Below, piece after piece: positions 1 to 10,000 of a DNA stretch of 64,000 bases (position 1 is its first letter; the number at the start of each line of letters is the position of its first letter). A model generated the notes under the pieces. The model saw only the letters and a list, made by a program, of their open reading frames with translations. It was not told where the DNA came from and searched no databases. The stretch comes from Eledone cirrhosa (Eukaryota). Location: assembly GCA_964016885.1 (NCBI GenBank), contig OZ024743.1, forward strand, positions 36,704,001 through 36,768,000, read 5' to 3'. Made by a program: the position numbers and the translations under genes.

Positions 1-1
1 C

Positions 2-1843
2 GTTAGGAATAATAGCAGTAGCAGCCGTAATAACAACAGCAACAGTGACAATGAAAACAACAGTAGCAGCCGCAACAGCATCACCAGCAGCATAAACAAC
101 AACAGCATTAGCAGCAGCAACACCAACAACAACCACAGCAACAGCGGCGGAGGCAGTAGTCGTAGTACCTGCAGCAACAACAAAAGTACCAGCAGCTCTG
201 ACGACAACAACAACAGCAGAGAAAAACCAATCTCATTTGCAGGTATTGCGAAAAACTTGGAAACAATCCTCATAACAAATGAGGAATTAGAGGAAGCGAA
301 GAAGATGGTGACAAAGAACGGACACCGAGCAATCTGTAAGGCAGCGAAAAATTTTTTCGAAACCCAAGAGCACTGTACGGTCACGTACCGTACAGTAAGT
401 ACAAAATCCCGTAGGGTGGAAAGAGCCACAGAGGCCCAAATACAAAAAGCCTTGGGGTCTGTGTGGCAGCGGAAAACGCACATCACCCGAGGCAAAAAAT
501 ATGCCACCGTAGACGTACTTTTTGCCACACCCCAGGAGGCAAAGGCCCAATCAGTAGTGACCCTAAGGAGCGAGGAAATGGTGTTGGTGCCCTCCTACTG
601 TGGGCAAAAAATTGTGAGGGTCAAACTGACCCACGTCCCCCCCGGAATGACCCCTTCTTGGCTGGCCGCGTCTGTCCTCGTCGGAATCGAGGACAAAACA
701 ACTGTACTGCAAGTACAGAAAAAAGTAAGAGAAGATTGGGTCGGCTCCTCCATTGAGATGCTAATCCAAACCAACCAGGAGTGCATCGAAGCTATCCCGG
801 ATGTGATAGACTTCGATAACGGCACTCAACTGCCCATAAGTGTTGAGGGCAAACGCCCGAAATGCTTTCGCTGTGGATCGAAGACTCACCTCAGGGCCTT
901 CTGCAACGAGAAGACCCTGAGAAAGGAGAAAACCCCCCTCCTTCCGAATCCGGCTCCACGGCTACCAGCAACAGGACAAGCGGCAACCAGGAACGATAGG
1001 CCCGTGGCACCCATACCCACTCCACGGAAATCAAAAACAGCAGCAGCAGTGGAAATACTAATAACAACAACAGCAATACCAAATGCAGCTGCAACAGAGA
1101 CTCCAGTGCAAACATCACCAACAACAACAAGTGAAAGAGTGGAGTTGGTACCCCTCCCCGACCTCACAGAATCAGACATGGAGTGTGAGGTGGGAGAGAG
1201 ATGGCAAAAGGTCGTAAGAAGGCACAAACGCAGAAGCAGCGCATCGTCGCCTTTGAAAAGGGAGGAAAGAAATGAGAAAAGGGTAAAGTCTACTGCAAAG
1301 AGACCCACAGCAGCAACAACACCAACACCATCACCACCCACACTAGCGCCACCATCACCACCGGCGACAACCCCACCGCCAACAACACCTTCAACACCAC
1401 CACCACAAGCACCAACATCGCAAACACAACAACAAAACACACACACCCAGCAACAACGACAAGAAAATAGCAGAACCACACCCCACCCCCAGAAAAACAA
1501 ATGCACGGCAATAAATACACACAACAAGAAACTAATGACTTACATAATTGAACACACAGACATTTCACAACAGGACTACATAATACCAGCACCAATCAAA
1601 ACGCCAACTAACATAAGACTGCTAAAAATAGCACAGAAACAATACACAAATATTAAAACGAAATTCCCCAACTCAGTTGGTGATTTCAGGGACCTAGGAG
1701 GAACCATCAATCGAAGAGTATACTCAGACATTCTCTTAGAAGAGCCGACGACCAGCCGAATGGACGATTCAACGGTCCCTTCACCAGACGATCAAGTGAA
1801 AAGGGATGTAAAAACCATCCCTCCTCTACCAAAAGTACGGTAA
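2..1843 (+). CDS. Tx1 ORF1 nucleic-acid-binding protein (5'-partial)
   Basis: The frame is open from base 2, through an N/S-rich region upstream of the TTG at 257, so the true start is probably off-window. Contains zinc knuckle CFRCGSKTHLRAFC (CX2CX4HX4C), a basic patch RRHKRR and a P/T-rich linker. Stop TAA at 1841-1843. Confidence 0.85.
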   Translation, partial: VRNNSSSSRNNNSNSDNENNSSSRNSITSSINNNSISSSNTNNNHSNSGGGSSRSTCSNNKSTSSSDDNNNSREKPISFAGIAKNLETILITNEELEEAKKMVTKNGHRAICKAAKNFFETQEHCTVTYRTVSTKSRRVERATEAQIQKALGSVWQRKTHITRGKKYATVDVLFATPQEAKAQSVVTLRSEEMVLVPSYCGQKIVRVKLTHVPPGMTPSWLAASVLVGIEDKTTVLQVQKKVREDWVGSSIEMLIQTNQECIEAIPDVIDFDNGTQLPISVEGKRPKCFRCGSKTHLRAFCNEKTLRKEKTPLLPNPAPRLPATGQAATRNDRPVAPIPTPRKSKTAAAVEILITTTAIPNAAATETPVQTSPTTTSERVELVPLPDLTESDMECEVGERWQKVVRRHKRRSSASSPLKREERNEKRVKSTAKRPTAATTPTPSPPTLAPPSPPATTPPPTTPSTPPPQAPTSQTQQQNTHTQQQRQENSRTTPHPQKNKCTAINTHNKKLMTYIIEHTDISQQDYIIPAPIKTPTNIRLLKIAQKQYTNIKTKFPNSVGDFRDLGGTINRRVYSDILLEEPTTSRMDDSTVPSPDDQVKRDVKTIPPLPKVR

Positions 1844-1878
1844 GTGGTCTTTCCCATCTTTTCCACTCTATTTTAAAC

Positions 1879-4800
1879 ATGACCTCACTCAGAATAGGCA
1901 GCATAAATGCGCGTGGCTTGGGGTCGTCATGGAAGCAGGGTCACCTGCTCAACGACCTCAGGTCACTAAACATAGATGTAGTGGCCATCAGCGAGACCAG
2001 AATCTCCGAAGCACGGACCTTCGCACCGATCTTCGGCGGCTACGATGTGTACGCATCTCCCAGCCGTCCTGGATCCGGTGGAGGAGTTGCTGTACTTTTT
2101 CGGAGAGGTTTGGATCTCGCCATACGGGCCATCTTCCTGGACCCAGAGGGTAAGCTGGTGGTGCTGGACGTGACCAGCGGAGACGGGCAAGCTTTCAGGC
2201 TAGTGGCCGTCTATGCCCCGACAGGAGCAGGGCGGCCTGATTTCTTCCGGCGTCTGGAGACCTTTCTTGGAACGTCCCGCTCTTTAGTGTTAGTGGGCGA
2301 CTGGAACGGGATCTTAGATGCACGCTGGGACTGTGTGGGATTAGCGGATAGGGGTGGAGGGTGCAAGAGCCTCACCAACCTGCTCAGGCGTTTTGAACTG
2401 TCTGACAGGTACCGATTGGATTTCCCGAATGTGCCAATGTGGACTTGGACAAACCGCATAGGGTCATCCAGATCATATCTAGATAGAGTATTTTGTAGGG
2501 AAATAGATAGGTCTAGCATAGGCTGTCCACAATTCAAGATAGTCAGCTACACGGACCACAAATTCGTGATCTGTGTGCTTGACCTAGATAGGCTTCATAG
2601 ACGAGGACCCGGCTACTGGAAGCTAAACGCGTCCTTACCAGCGCGCAAGGCCTACAGAGACCGGATTAGCGAACTAGTTAAGCGGGTGTTGACAGGGGCC
2701 ATCGTCAACAACAAGTGGTGGTTTGCTCTGAAAAGAGCGATTAGAATAGAATCGATTAGGTTTAGTAAGGCTTTAGCAATAGAGAAAAATAGAGCAGAGG
2801 GAGATCTAGTTAGAAAATTAGACGAGGCGCTTAGCAAAGGCATTGCGACCGACGTGCTTGCGGCGAAATTGGCCCTTGACCAATTCTTCAATGCAAAGCA
2901 CGAAGGCTGCGTTGTCAGAGCTAGGGTGCGTGCTCTCAGACACGAGGGGACGAAAGCCGTTCAATGGGCCCGAGTGGCGGAGGCGCGTCGTGGCAACAAA
3001 GCCACGATCCGGTCTTTGGTGGACCACGACGGGCGCATGCTACTCGATCCCGGGCAAATGTGTGAAGCTTTTCAGCGACACTTCGCTCAGCTGTTCGGGG
3101 GCAGCGGGGGGCCGGGTAGAGGGATGGACTTTAGTGTCTACCTCGACGGACTGCCGCGGCTCTCGGCCACTGAGGCGAAGTGTTGCGAAAAGCCGATAAC
3201 AGCCGCTGAAGTAAGGGAGGTAATGACTGGCTGCACAAGGGGTAAATCGCCTGGTTTGGATGGTCTGCCCTATGAACTTTACGTACAGATGCCAGACTTG
3301 TTCGGAGGCCTCTTGGCGGACGTCTACTGCAACTGGCAACAGAACGGGAGAATTCCCAGTTCTGTGAGCCGAGGAGCGGTGGCACTGCTGAGAAAGGATC
3401 CGAACAAGGGGGATAACATAGACAATTTCCGGCCCATAACTCTGCTAAACACAGAGTTTAAGATTTTGGCCAAGGTGCTAGCAAAGAGGTTGGCGCTTGT
3501 CGTTGGTGGTCTGGTGGGAGAGGCGCAGACATGCGCCATTCCCGACAGATCCATCCACGACAACCTCCACCTCATGCGATACATCGTAGAGAGGGTAGCT
3601 AGGGAACCTGGCACGGGTGGGTCCTTGATCAATTTAGATCAGTCGAAAGCTTTCGATAGGGTCGACCATCGTTACCTAGCGGCAGTCCTGAGGGCGGCTG
3701 GCTTTGGGCCCGTCTTCAGAGGCTGGATCGCTGCCATGCACAGCGACATCTGCTCTGTGGTGAGAGTGAACGGTCACCTGTCGGAACCGTTCAACATCAT
3801 GCGCTCGGTCCGCCAAGGATGTCCCCTCTCGTCCCTCTTGTACGTATTGACTCTCGAGCCATTACTGCACAAACTGGAGACGTTGAGGGGGGTCCCGCGC
3901 GAACTAGGATGCGGAAGATCCGTATCAGCATATGCGGACGATGTCACCGTAGTGGTGTCGAACGCCAAACACATCGAGGCGATCGGCACTACACTAAGAG
4001 AATACGAAGCGGTGACAGGAGCAATGATCAACCAGGAAAAGTCAGTGGGCCTGCAGCTCGGCACCTGGAGAGGCAGGTCCATGCCGTCCAACAGCGTCGT
4101 CGGACGCTGGACGGACGGACCGGTTAAATTGCTAGGGGTCTGGTTCGGTCCGGACCTCCAGACGGACAAAAACTGGGACGAGGTGACGAGCAGGGTGGCT
4201 TCTCTCACCCAGAAATGGGCCGAGAGGAAGCTATCCCTGAAAGGTCGAGCGGAGGTGGCTAACGCGTACATCGCGTCCGTCATCTGCTACCGCCTGACCG
4301 TCGTACCTTGTCCTAAGCCTCGCCTGACTGTGCTGGAGCGTTTGCTCTTTCGCTTTTTGTGGAAGGGACGCGCTCCGATGGTCAGGCGGTCCATCTGTTG
4401 TCAACACCCGCTACGTGGAGGGCTGGGCATGCCGTGGCTGATGATGCGCAGGCACGCGCTCAGGCTACGACATCTCCACCTCTTCCTCGACGGTGATCAG
4501 GTGTGGTCGCCGTTTGCTAGACGCGTGTTTCCCCAGCTCGTTTCCTTGACGGAGCTGCAGTCCTGGGTCAAGCGAAGACCGAGAGGGAGCGCCTGGAGAC
4601 TGGAATGTCTTCAGGCGCTCACAGCCCTCGACCAATCGGGCAATGTGATCGGTGGAAACTCCACCTCGGCGTTCTATAGAGGATTAGTGGAGGGGAAGAG
4701 CGACGACGTACTTGGGGAAACTCTAGGCGTCGACGAAAATCAACTAGCCAATCTCTTCGGAAGAACTTTCGGGCCAGGGCCTATGGACAACTTCCAGAAA

Positions 4801-5298
4801 TCTCTGGCCTGGCAGTGCTACCGAGGAGCCTTGCCAGTTCGGGATAAACTCTACAGGCATGGAGGTGCCGTCAGCCGGGCATGTCCGAGATGCGCGCAGG
4901 GCGACGAAACCGTCCTGCACGCACTCGTCCAGTGTCCGAAAATTGCTGACTTGTGGGTTTATGTCGAACACCTGCTGTCGAGTTTAGGACGGATCCGGCT
5001 ATCATCTGAGTCCATCGTGAGGATTGCCCCGCCCTCCTCCTTTAGCCGGGAAGGGCAGGCAGTTTTTATCTGCCTGGTGGCCATGGCGAAAGAGATAGTA
5101 TGGTGGACACGTTTGAAAGGGCTGAAGACGAGCACTTACCTCTTCGGTGATGCTCTGATTGACTTTTTCAAATTTCATTTGAAAAGGAAAATCAGAGTAG
5201 AGAGGGAAGTGCTCTCTTCCCAGCATTTTGTTGAAAGATGGGTGAGAGAAGCAAGAATGGCCCGAGTGAATGGGCCTACTCTGAGCATATATCTGTAA
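1879..5298 (+). CDS. Tx1 ORF2: APE endonuclease, reverse transcriptase and C-terminal zinc finger, 1139 aa, intact
   Basis: APE motifs RIGSINARG, SET, VYAP, GDWN, YLD, TDH; GPGYWKLN linker typical of L1/Tx1; RT motifs KSPGLDG, NFRPITLLN, DQSKAFDRVDH, VRQGCPLS, YADD; CPRC...HALVQC finger. Confidence 0.95.
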   Translation: MTSLRIGSINARGLGSSWKQGHLLNDLRSLNIDVVAISETRISEARTFAPIFGGYDVYASPSRPGSGGGVAVLFRRGLDLAIRAIFLDPEGKLVVLDVTSGDGQAFRLVAVYAPTGAGRPDFFRRLETFLGTSRSLVLVGDWNGILDARWDCVGLADRGGGCKSLTNLLRRFELSDRYRLDFPNVPMWTWTNRIGSSRSYLDRVFCREIDRSSIGCPQFKIVSYTDHKFVICVLDLDRLHRRGPGYWKLNASLPARKAYRDRISELVKRVLTGAIVNNKWWFALKRAIRIESIRFSKALAIEKNRAEGDLVRKLDEALSKGIATDVLAAKLALDQFFNAKHEGCVVRARVRALRHEGTKAVQWARVAEARRGNKATIRSLVDHDGRMLLDPGQMCEAFQRHFAQLFGGSGGPGRGMDFSVYLDGLPRLSATEAKCCEKPITAAEVREVMTGCTRGKSPGLDGLPYELYVQMPDLFGGLLADVYCNWQQNGRIPSSVSRGAVALLRKDPNKGDNIDNFRPITLLNTEFKILAKVLAKRLALVVGGLVGEAQTCAIPDRSIHDNLHLMRYIVERVAREPGTGGSLINLDQSKAFDRVDHRYLAAVLRAAGFGPVFRGWIAAMHSDICSVVRVNGHLSEPFNIMRSVRQGCPLSSLLYVLTLEPLLHKLETLRGVPRELGCGRSVSAYADDVTVVVSNAKHIEAIGTTLREYEAVTGAMINQEKSVGLQLGTWRGRSMPSNSVVGRWTDGPVKLLGVWFGPDLQTDKNWDEVTSRVASLTQKWAERKLSLKGRAEVANAYIASVICYRLTVVPCPKPRLTVLERLLFRFLWKGRAPMVRRSICCQHPLRGGLGMPWLMMRRHALRLRHLHLFLDGDQVWSPFARRVFPQLVSLTELQSWVKRRPRGSAWRLECLQALTALDQSGNVIGGNSTSAFYRGLVEGKSDDVLGETLGVDENQLANLFGRTFGPGPMDNFQKSLAWQCYRGALPVRDKLYRHGGAVSRACPRCAQGDETVLHALVQCPKIADLWVYVEHLLSSLGRIRLSSESIVRIAPPSSFSREGQAVFICLVAMAKEIVWWTRLKGLKTSTYLFGDALIDFFKFHLKRKIRVEREVLSSQHFVERWVREARMARVNGPTLSIYL

Positions 5299-5558
5299 AT
5301 TAAAGGTGGAAAACTGGGAGAGGGCACTTGCCTTGGTGGTCAGGGTCATTGTGGCTTTTTACTGGGCTTTCTCCACAAATGTCCCTCCGAAGTCTCCCCC
5401 CTATTGGGGAATTTTTCATTGTTATTTTCATTGTTATTTTTGTTACATCCTCTGTTTTTGTTTTTTTACACGCAGAAATGCCCATTTGTACCGTCCTGCA
5501 TTGTCCTGCACTGTCCTTAATGTCTACTTTATGTAAACCCTTGTGGTTAATAAAGAAA

Positions 5559-5560
<2 letters not shown>

Positions 5561-5614
<54 letters not shown>
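5561..5614 (+). repeat. (ATT)n microsatellite: tail of copy A and 5' flank of copy B
   Basis: 18 perfect ATT units. Confidence 0.95.
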
Positions 5615-5832
5615 GGCGACCTACGTAGTCAATCGTATTATCGTGAGCTCCGCAAAGGTTTGTTATTTTTAATTGTTTAAAATTGCCATTTATGGAAAAA
5701 ATTTATTGTTAACTGTATATAAGTGCACATACATTGATTTCTGAAAAGGATACTCAAAAAGATTGGTGCCTTGAGCCCAAAATTTAAACTTTTTATAATT
5801 ATCAAACAAAAAAAAAATTTCTTTGAAAAATC

Positions 5833-7008
5833 ATGGCCGACTCACAGCTGAACCCAGTAGCTGAGAGCCTTCCACACAAACTAACACCTCACACCGACAC
5901 CACCATTGTAAATATTACTACGTTTGCCAACACTAAAAATATAAGCAGTAGCAATATTTTTAATTTGTCTCAGGCATTTCCCGCCATTACCAATGACTGC
6001 AGGTGTTGAAGCCGCCACCCCCACCATCACCACAGCAACAACAGAAACAAAAGAAAAAAATAAATTATCTCGTGATATCGAAACGAATTCAGCCAAAATC
6101 AACTCTTCCACACCGAACACCACTGACGCCACCACCACCACAACTGAAACTAAAATTAACAATAACAAAAATAACGATAACAACAACAGCAACAATGAGA
6201 ATAAGAAAACCCTGTCTTTTTCCAGAGTAGCGAAACATTGCGAAGCATTCTAGGTAACTCAGGAGGAATTAGAAGAAGCAAAAATAAATGGTAAAGAAAG
6301 ATGGGTATAGGGTCAGCCCCCCCACACACACACACACACACACACCACACCACACCAAAACCAACGCCTGTGGAGGATTTTCCACTCCCCGACCTATCGC
6401 AACTGGAGACAGATTGTGACGACGAGGAGTGGGAAACGGTATCAGAAAAAAAAGAAAAAAGAAAAAGAAACCAAAAAAGAAAAAATCCCCTTCCCTCCCC
6501 CTCCAAAAACAAAATACAGAGGGAAACAAATAAACTATCAAACAAAAAAGTTAGGACAGCTATGCCACCATCCACACCAGCATCACCAACCCCATCACCA
6601 CAAACACCAACACCATCACCATCATTAACCCCAACACCACAAAAGTCACCAAAAAGCGAAACAGAAACAAACCCACAACAAACGCAAACAAAACAAAACA
6701 ACCAAAACGATACACACTACACAGCAATAAATTTGAACAACAACTAATTATTACACTACATCCAACACAACACCAGCATCACAGAAAAAGACTACACAAC
6801 AACCCAAAAGTCCACACCACCTCCACACATACAAATCACTCGCATCACACAGAAAACGTACACGACACTAAAACAAAAATTCCCTAAAGACATCGGAGAC
6901 TTCCGACAAGCGCTCACCAGGAGGATTTATAAGGACATCCTTCCGGAGGAGGCCACAAGCAGTGAAAAGGATGGAGAAACCATCCTTCCTCTACGAGAAG
7001 TAAGGTAA
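5833..7008 (+). pseudogene. Disrupted, internally deleted and divergent Tx1 ORF1
   Basis: Segments homologous to copy A ORF1: KTLSFSRVAKHCEAF*VTQEELEEAK vs KPISFAGIAKNLETILITNEELEEAK; PLPDLSQLETDCDDEEWETV vs PLPDLTESDMECEVGERWQKV; ends TILPLREVR* vs TIPPLPKVR*. Contains stops and frameshifts. The central part including the CCHC knuckle is missing near 6320. Confidence 0.8.
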
Positions 7009-7042
7009 GTGGTCTTTCCCATCTTTTCCACTCCATTTCAAC

Positions 7043-10000
7043 ATGACCTCACTCAGAATAGGCAGCATAAATGCGCGTGGCTTGGGGTCGTCATGGAAGC
7101 AGGGCCACCTGCTCAACAACCTCAGGTCACTGGACATAGATGTAGTGGCCATCAGCGAGACCAGAATCTCCGAAGCACGGGCCTTCGCACCGATCTTCGG
7201 TGGCTACGATGTGTACGCATCTCCCAGCCGTCCTGGATCGGGGGGTGGAGTTGCTGTGCTTTTTCGGAGAGGTTTGGATCTCGCCATACGGGCCATCTTC
7301 CTGGACCCAGAGGGTAAGTTGGTGGTGCTGGACGTGACCAGCGGAGACGGGCAAGCTTTCAGGCTAGTAGCTGTCTATGCCCCGACAGGAACAGGGCGGC
7401 CTGATTTCTTCCGGCGTCTGGAGACCTTTCTTGGAACGTCCCGCTCTTTAGTGTTAGTGGGCGACTGGAACGGGATCTTAGATGCACGCTGGGACTGTGT
7501 GGGATTAGCGGATAGAGGAGGAGGGTGCAAGAGCCTCACCAACCTGCTCAGGCGTTTTGAACTGTCTGACAGGTACCGATTAGATTTCGCGAATGTGCCA
7601 ATGTGGACTGGGACAAATAGCATAGAGTCATCCAGATCATATCTAGATAGAGTATTTTGTAGGGAAATAGATAGGTCTAGCATAGGCTGTCCACAATTCA
7701 AGATAGTCAGCTACACGGACCACAAATTCGTGATCTGTGTGCTTGACTTAGATAGGCTTCATAGACGAGGACCCGGCTACTGGAAGCTAAACGCGTCCTT
7801 ACCAGCGCGCAAGGCCTACAGAGACCGGATTAGCGAACTAGTTAAGCGGACGTTGACGGGGGCCATCGTCAACAACAAGTGGTGGTTTGCTCTGAAAAGA
7901 GCAATTAGAATAGAGTCCATTAGGTTTAGTAAGACTTTAGCAATAGAGAAAAATAGAGCAGAGGGAGAATTAGTTAGAAAATTAGACGAGGCGCTTAGCA
8001 AAGGCATCGCGACCGACGTACTTGCGGCGAAATTGGCCCTTGACCAATTCTTCAATGCAAAGCACGAAGGGTGCGTTGTCAGAGCTAGGGTGCGTGCTCT
8101 CAGACACGAGGGGACGAAAGCCGTTCAATGGGCCCGAGTGGCGGAGGCGCGCCGTGGCAACAAAGCCACGATCCGGTCTTTGGTGGACCACGACGGGCGC
8201 ATGCTACTCGATCCCGAGCAAATGTGTGAAGCTTTTCAGCGACACTTCGCTCAACTGTTCGGGGGCAGTGGCGGGCCGGATCGAGGGATGGACTTTAGTG
8301 TCTACCTCGACGGACTGCCGCGGCTTTCGGCCACTGAGGCGGAGTGTTGCGAAAAGCCGATAACAACCGCTGAAGTACGGGATGCAATGACTAGTTGCAC
8401 AAGGGGTAAATCGCTTGGTTTGGGTGGTCTGCCCTATGAACTTTACGTACAAATGCCAAACTTGTTCGGAGGCCTCTTGGCGGACGTCTACTGCAACTGG
8501 CAACAGAACGGGAGAATTCCCAGCTCTGTGAGCCGAGGAGCGGTGGCGCTGCTGAGAAAGGATCCGAACAAGGGGGATAACATAAATAATTTTAGGCCCA
8601 TAACTCTGCTAAACACAGAGTTCAAGATTTTGGCCAAGGTGCTAGCAAAGAGGTTGGCGCTTGTCGTTGGTGGTCTGGTGGGAGAGGCACAGACATGCGC
8701 CATTCCCGACAGATCCATCCACGACAACCTCCACCTCATGCGATACATCGTAGAGAGAGTAGCTAGGGAACCTGGCACGGGTGGGTCTTTGATCAATTTA
8801 GATCAGTCGAAAGCCTTCGATAGGGTCGACCATCGTTACCTAGAGGCAGTCCTGAGGGCGGCTGGCTTTGGGCCCGTCTTCAGAGGCTGGATCGCTGCCA
8901 TGCATAGCGACATCTGCTCTGTAGTGAGAGTGAACGGTCACCTTTCGGAACCGTTCAACATCATGCGCTCGGTCCGCCAAGGATGTCCCCTCTCGTCCCT
9001 ATTGTACGTATTGACTCTCGAGCCATTACTGCACAAACTGGAGACGTTGAGGGGGGTCCCGCGCGAACTAGGATGCGGAAGATCCGTGTCAGCATATGCC
9101 GACGATGTCACCGTAGTGGTGTCGAACGCCAAACACATCGAGGCGATCGGCACTACACTAAGAGAATACGAAGCGGTGACAGGAGCAATGATCAACCAGG
9201 AAAAGTCAGTGGGCCTGCAGCTCGGCACCTGGAGAGGCAGGTCCATGCCGTCCAACAGCGTCGTCGGTCGCTGGACGGACGGACCGGTTAAATTGCTAGG
9301 GGTCTGGTTCGGTCCAGACCTCCAGACGGACAAAAACTGGGACGAGGTGACGAGCAGGGTGGCTTCTCTCACCCAGAAATGGGCCGAGAGGAAGCTATCC
9401 CTGAAAGGTCAAGCGGAGGTGGCTAACGCGTACATCGCGTCCGTCATCTACTACCGCCTGACCGTCGTACCTTGTCCTAAGCCCCGCCTGACTGCGCTGG
9501 AGCGTTTGCTCTTTCGCTTCTTGTGGAAGGGACGCGCTCCGATGGTCAGGCGGTCCATCTGCTGTCAACACCCGCTACGTGGAGGGCTGGGCATGCCGTG
9601 GCTGATGATGCGCAGACACGCGCTCAGGCTACGACATCTCCACCACTTCCTCGACGGTGATCAGGTGTGGTCGCCGTTTGCTAGACACGTTTTTCCCCAG
9701 CTCGTCTCCTTGACGGAGCTGCAGTCCTGGGTCAAGCGAAGACCGAGAGGGAGCGCTTGGAGACTGGAAAGTCTTCAGTCGCTCACAGCCCTCGACCAAT
9801 CGGGCAATGTGATCGGTGGAAACTCCACCTTGGCGTTCTATAGGGGATTAGTGGAGGGGAAGAGCGACGACGTACTTGGAGAAACTCTAGGCGTCGACGA
9901 AAATCAACTAGCCAATCTCTTCGGAAGGACTTTCGGGCCGGGGCCTATGGACAACTTCCAGAAATCCCTGGCCTGGCAGTGCTACCGAGGAGCTTTGCCA

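Larger units (their letters stand above)
1..5614 (+). mobile_element. Tx1-type (L1 superfamily) non-LTR retrotransposon, copy A; 5' end lies outside the window
   Basis: ORF1 with CCHC knuckle, 35-nt spacer, intact ORF2 (APE-RT-ZnF), ~260-nt 3' UTR with AATAAA at 5549-5554, and an (ATT)n tail at 5561-5614. Confidence 0.92.

Noticed and set aside
257-259. Annotated start of ORF1
   Set aside because: It is a TTG, and the frame is open back to base 2, so the real start is probably upstream of the window.
5561-5614. Telomeric repeat with telomere-type retrotransposons
   Set aside because: (ATT)n is not TTAGGG, and nothing in the window indicates a chromosome end.
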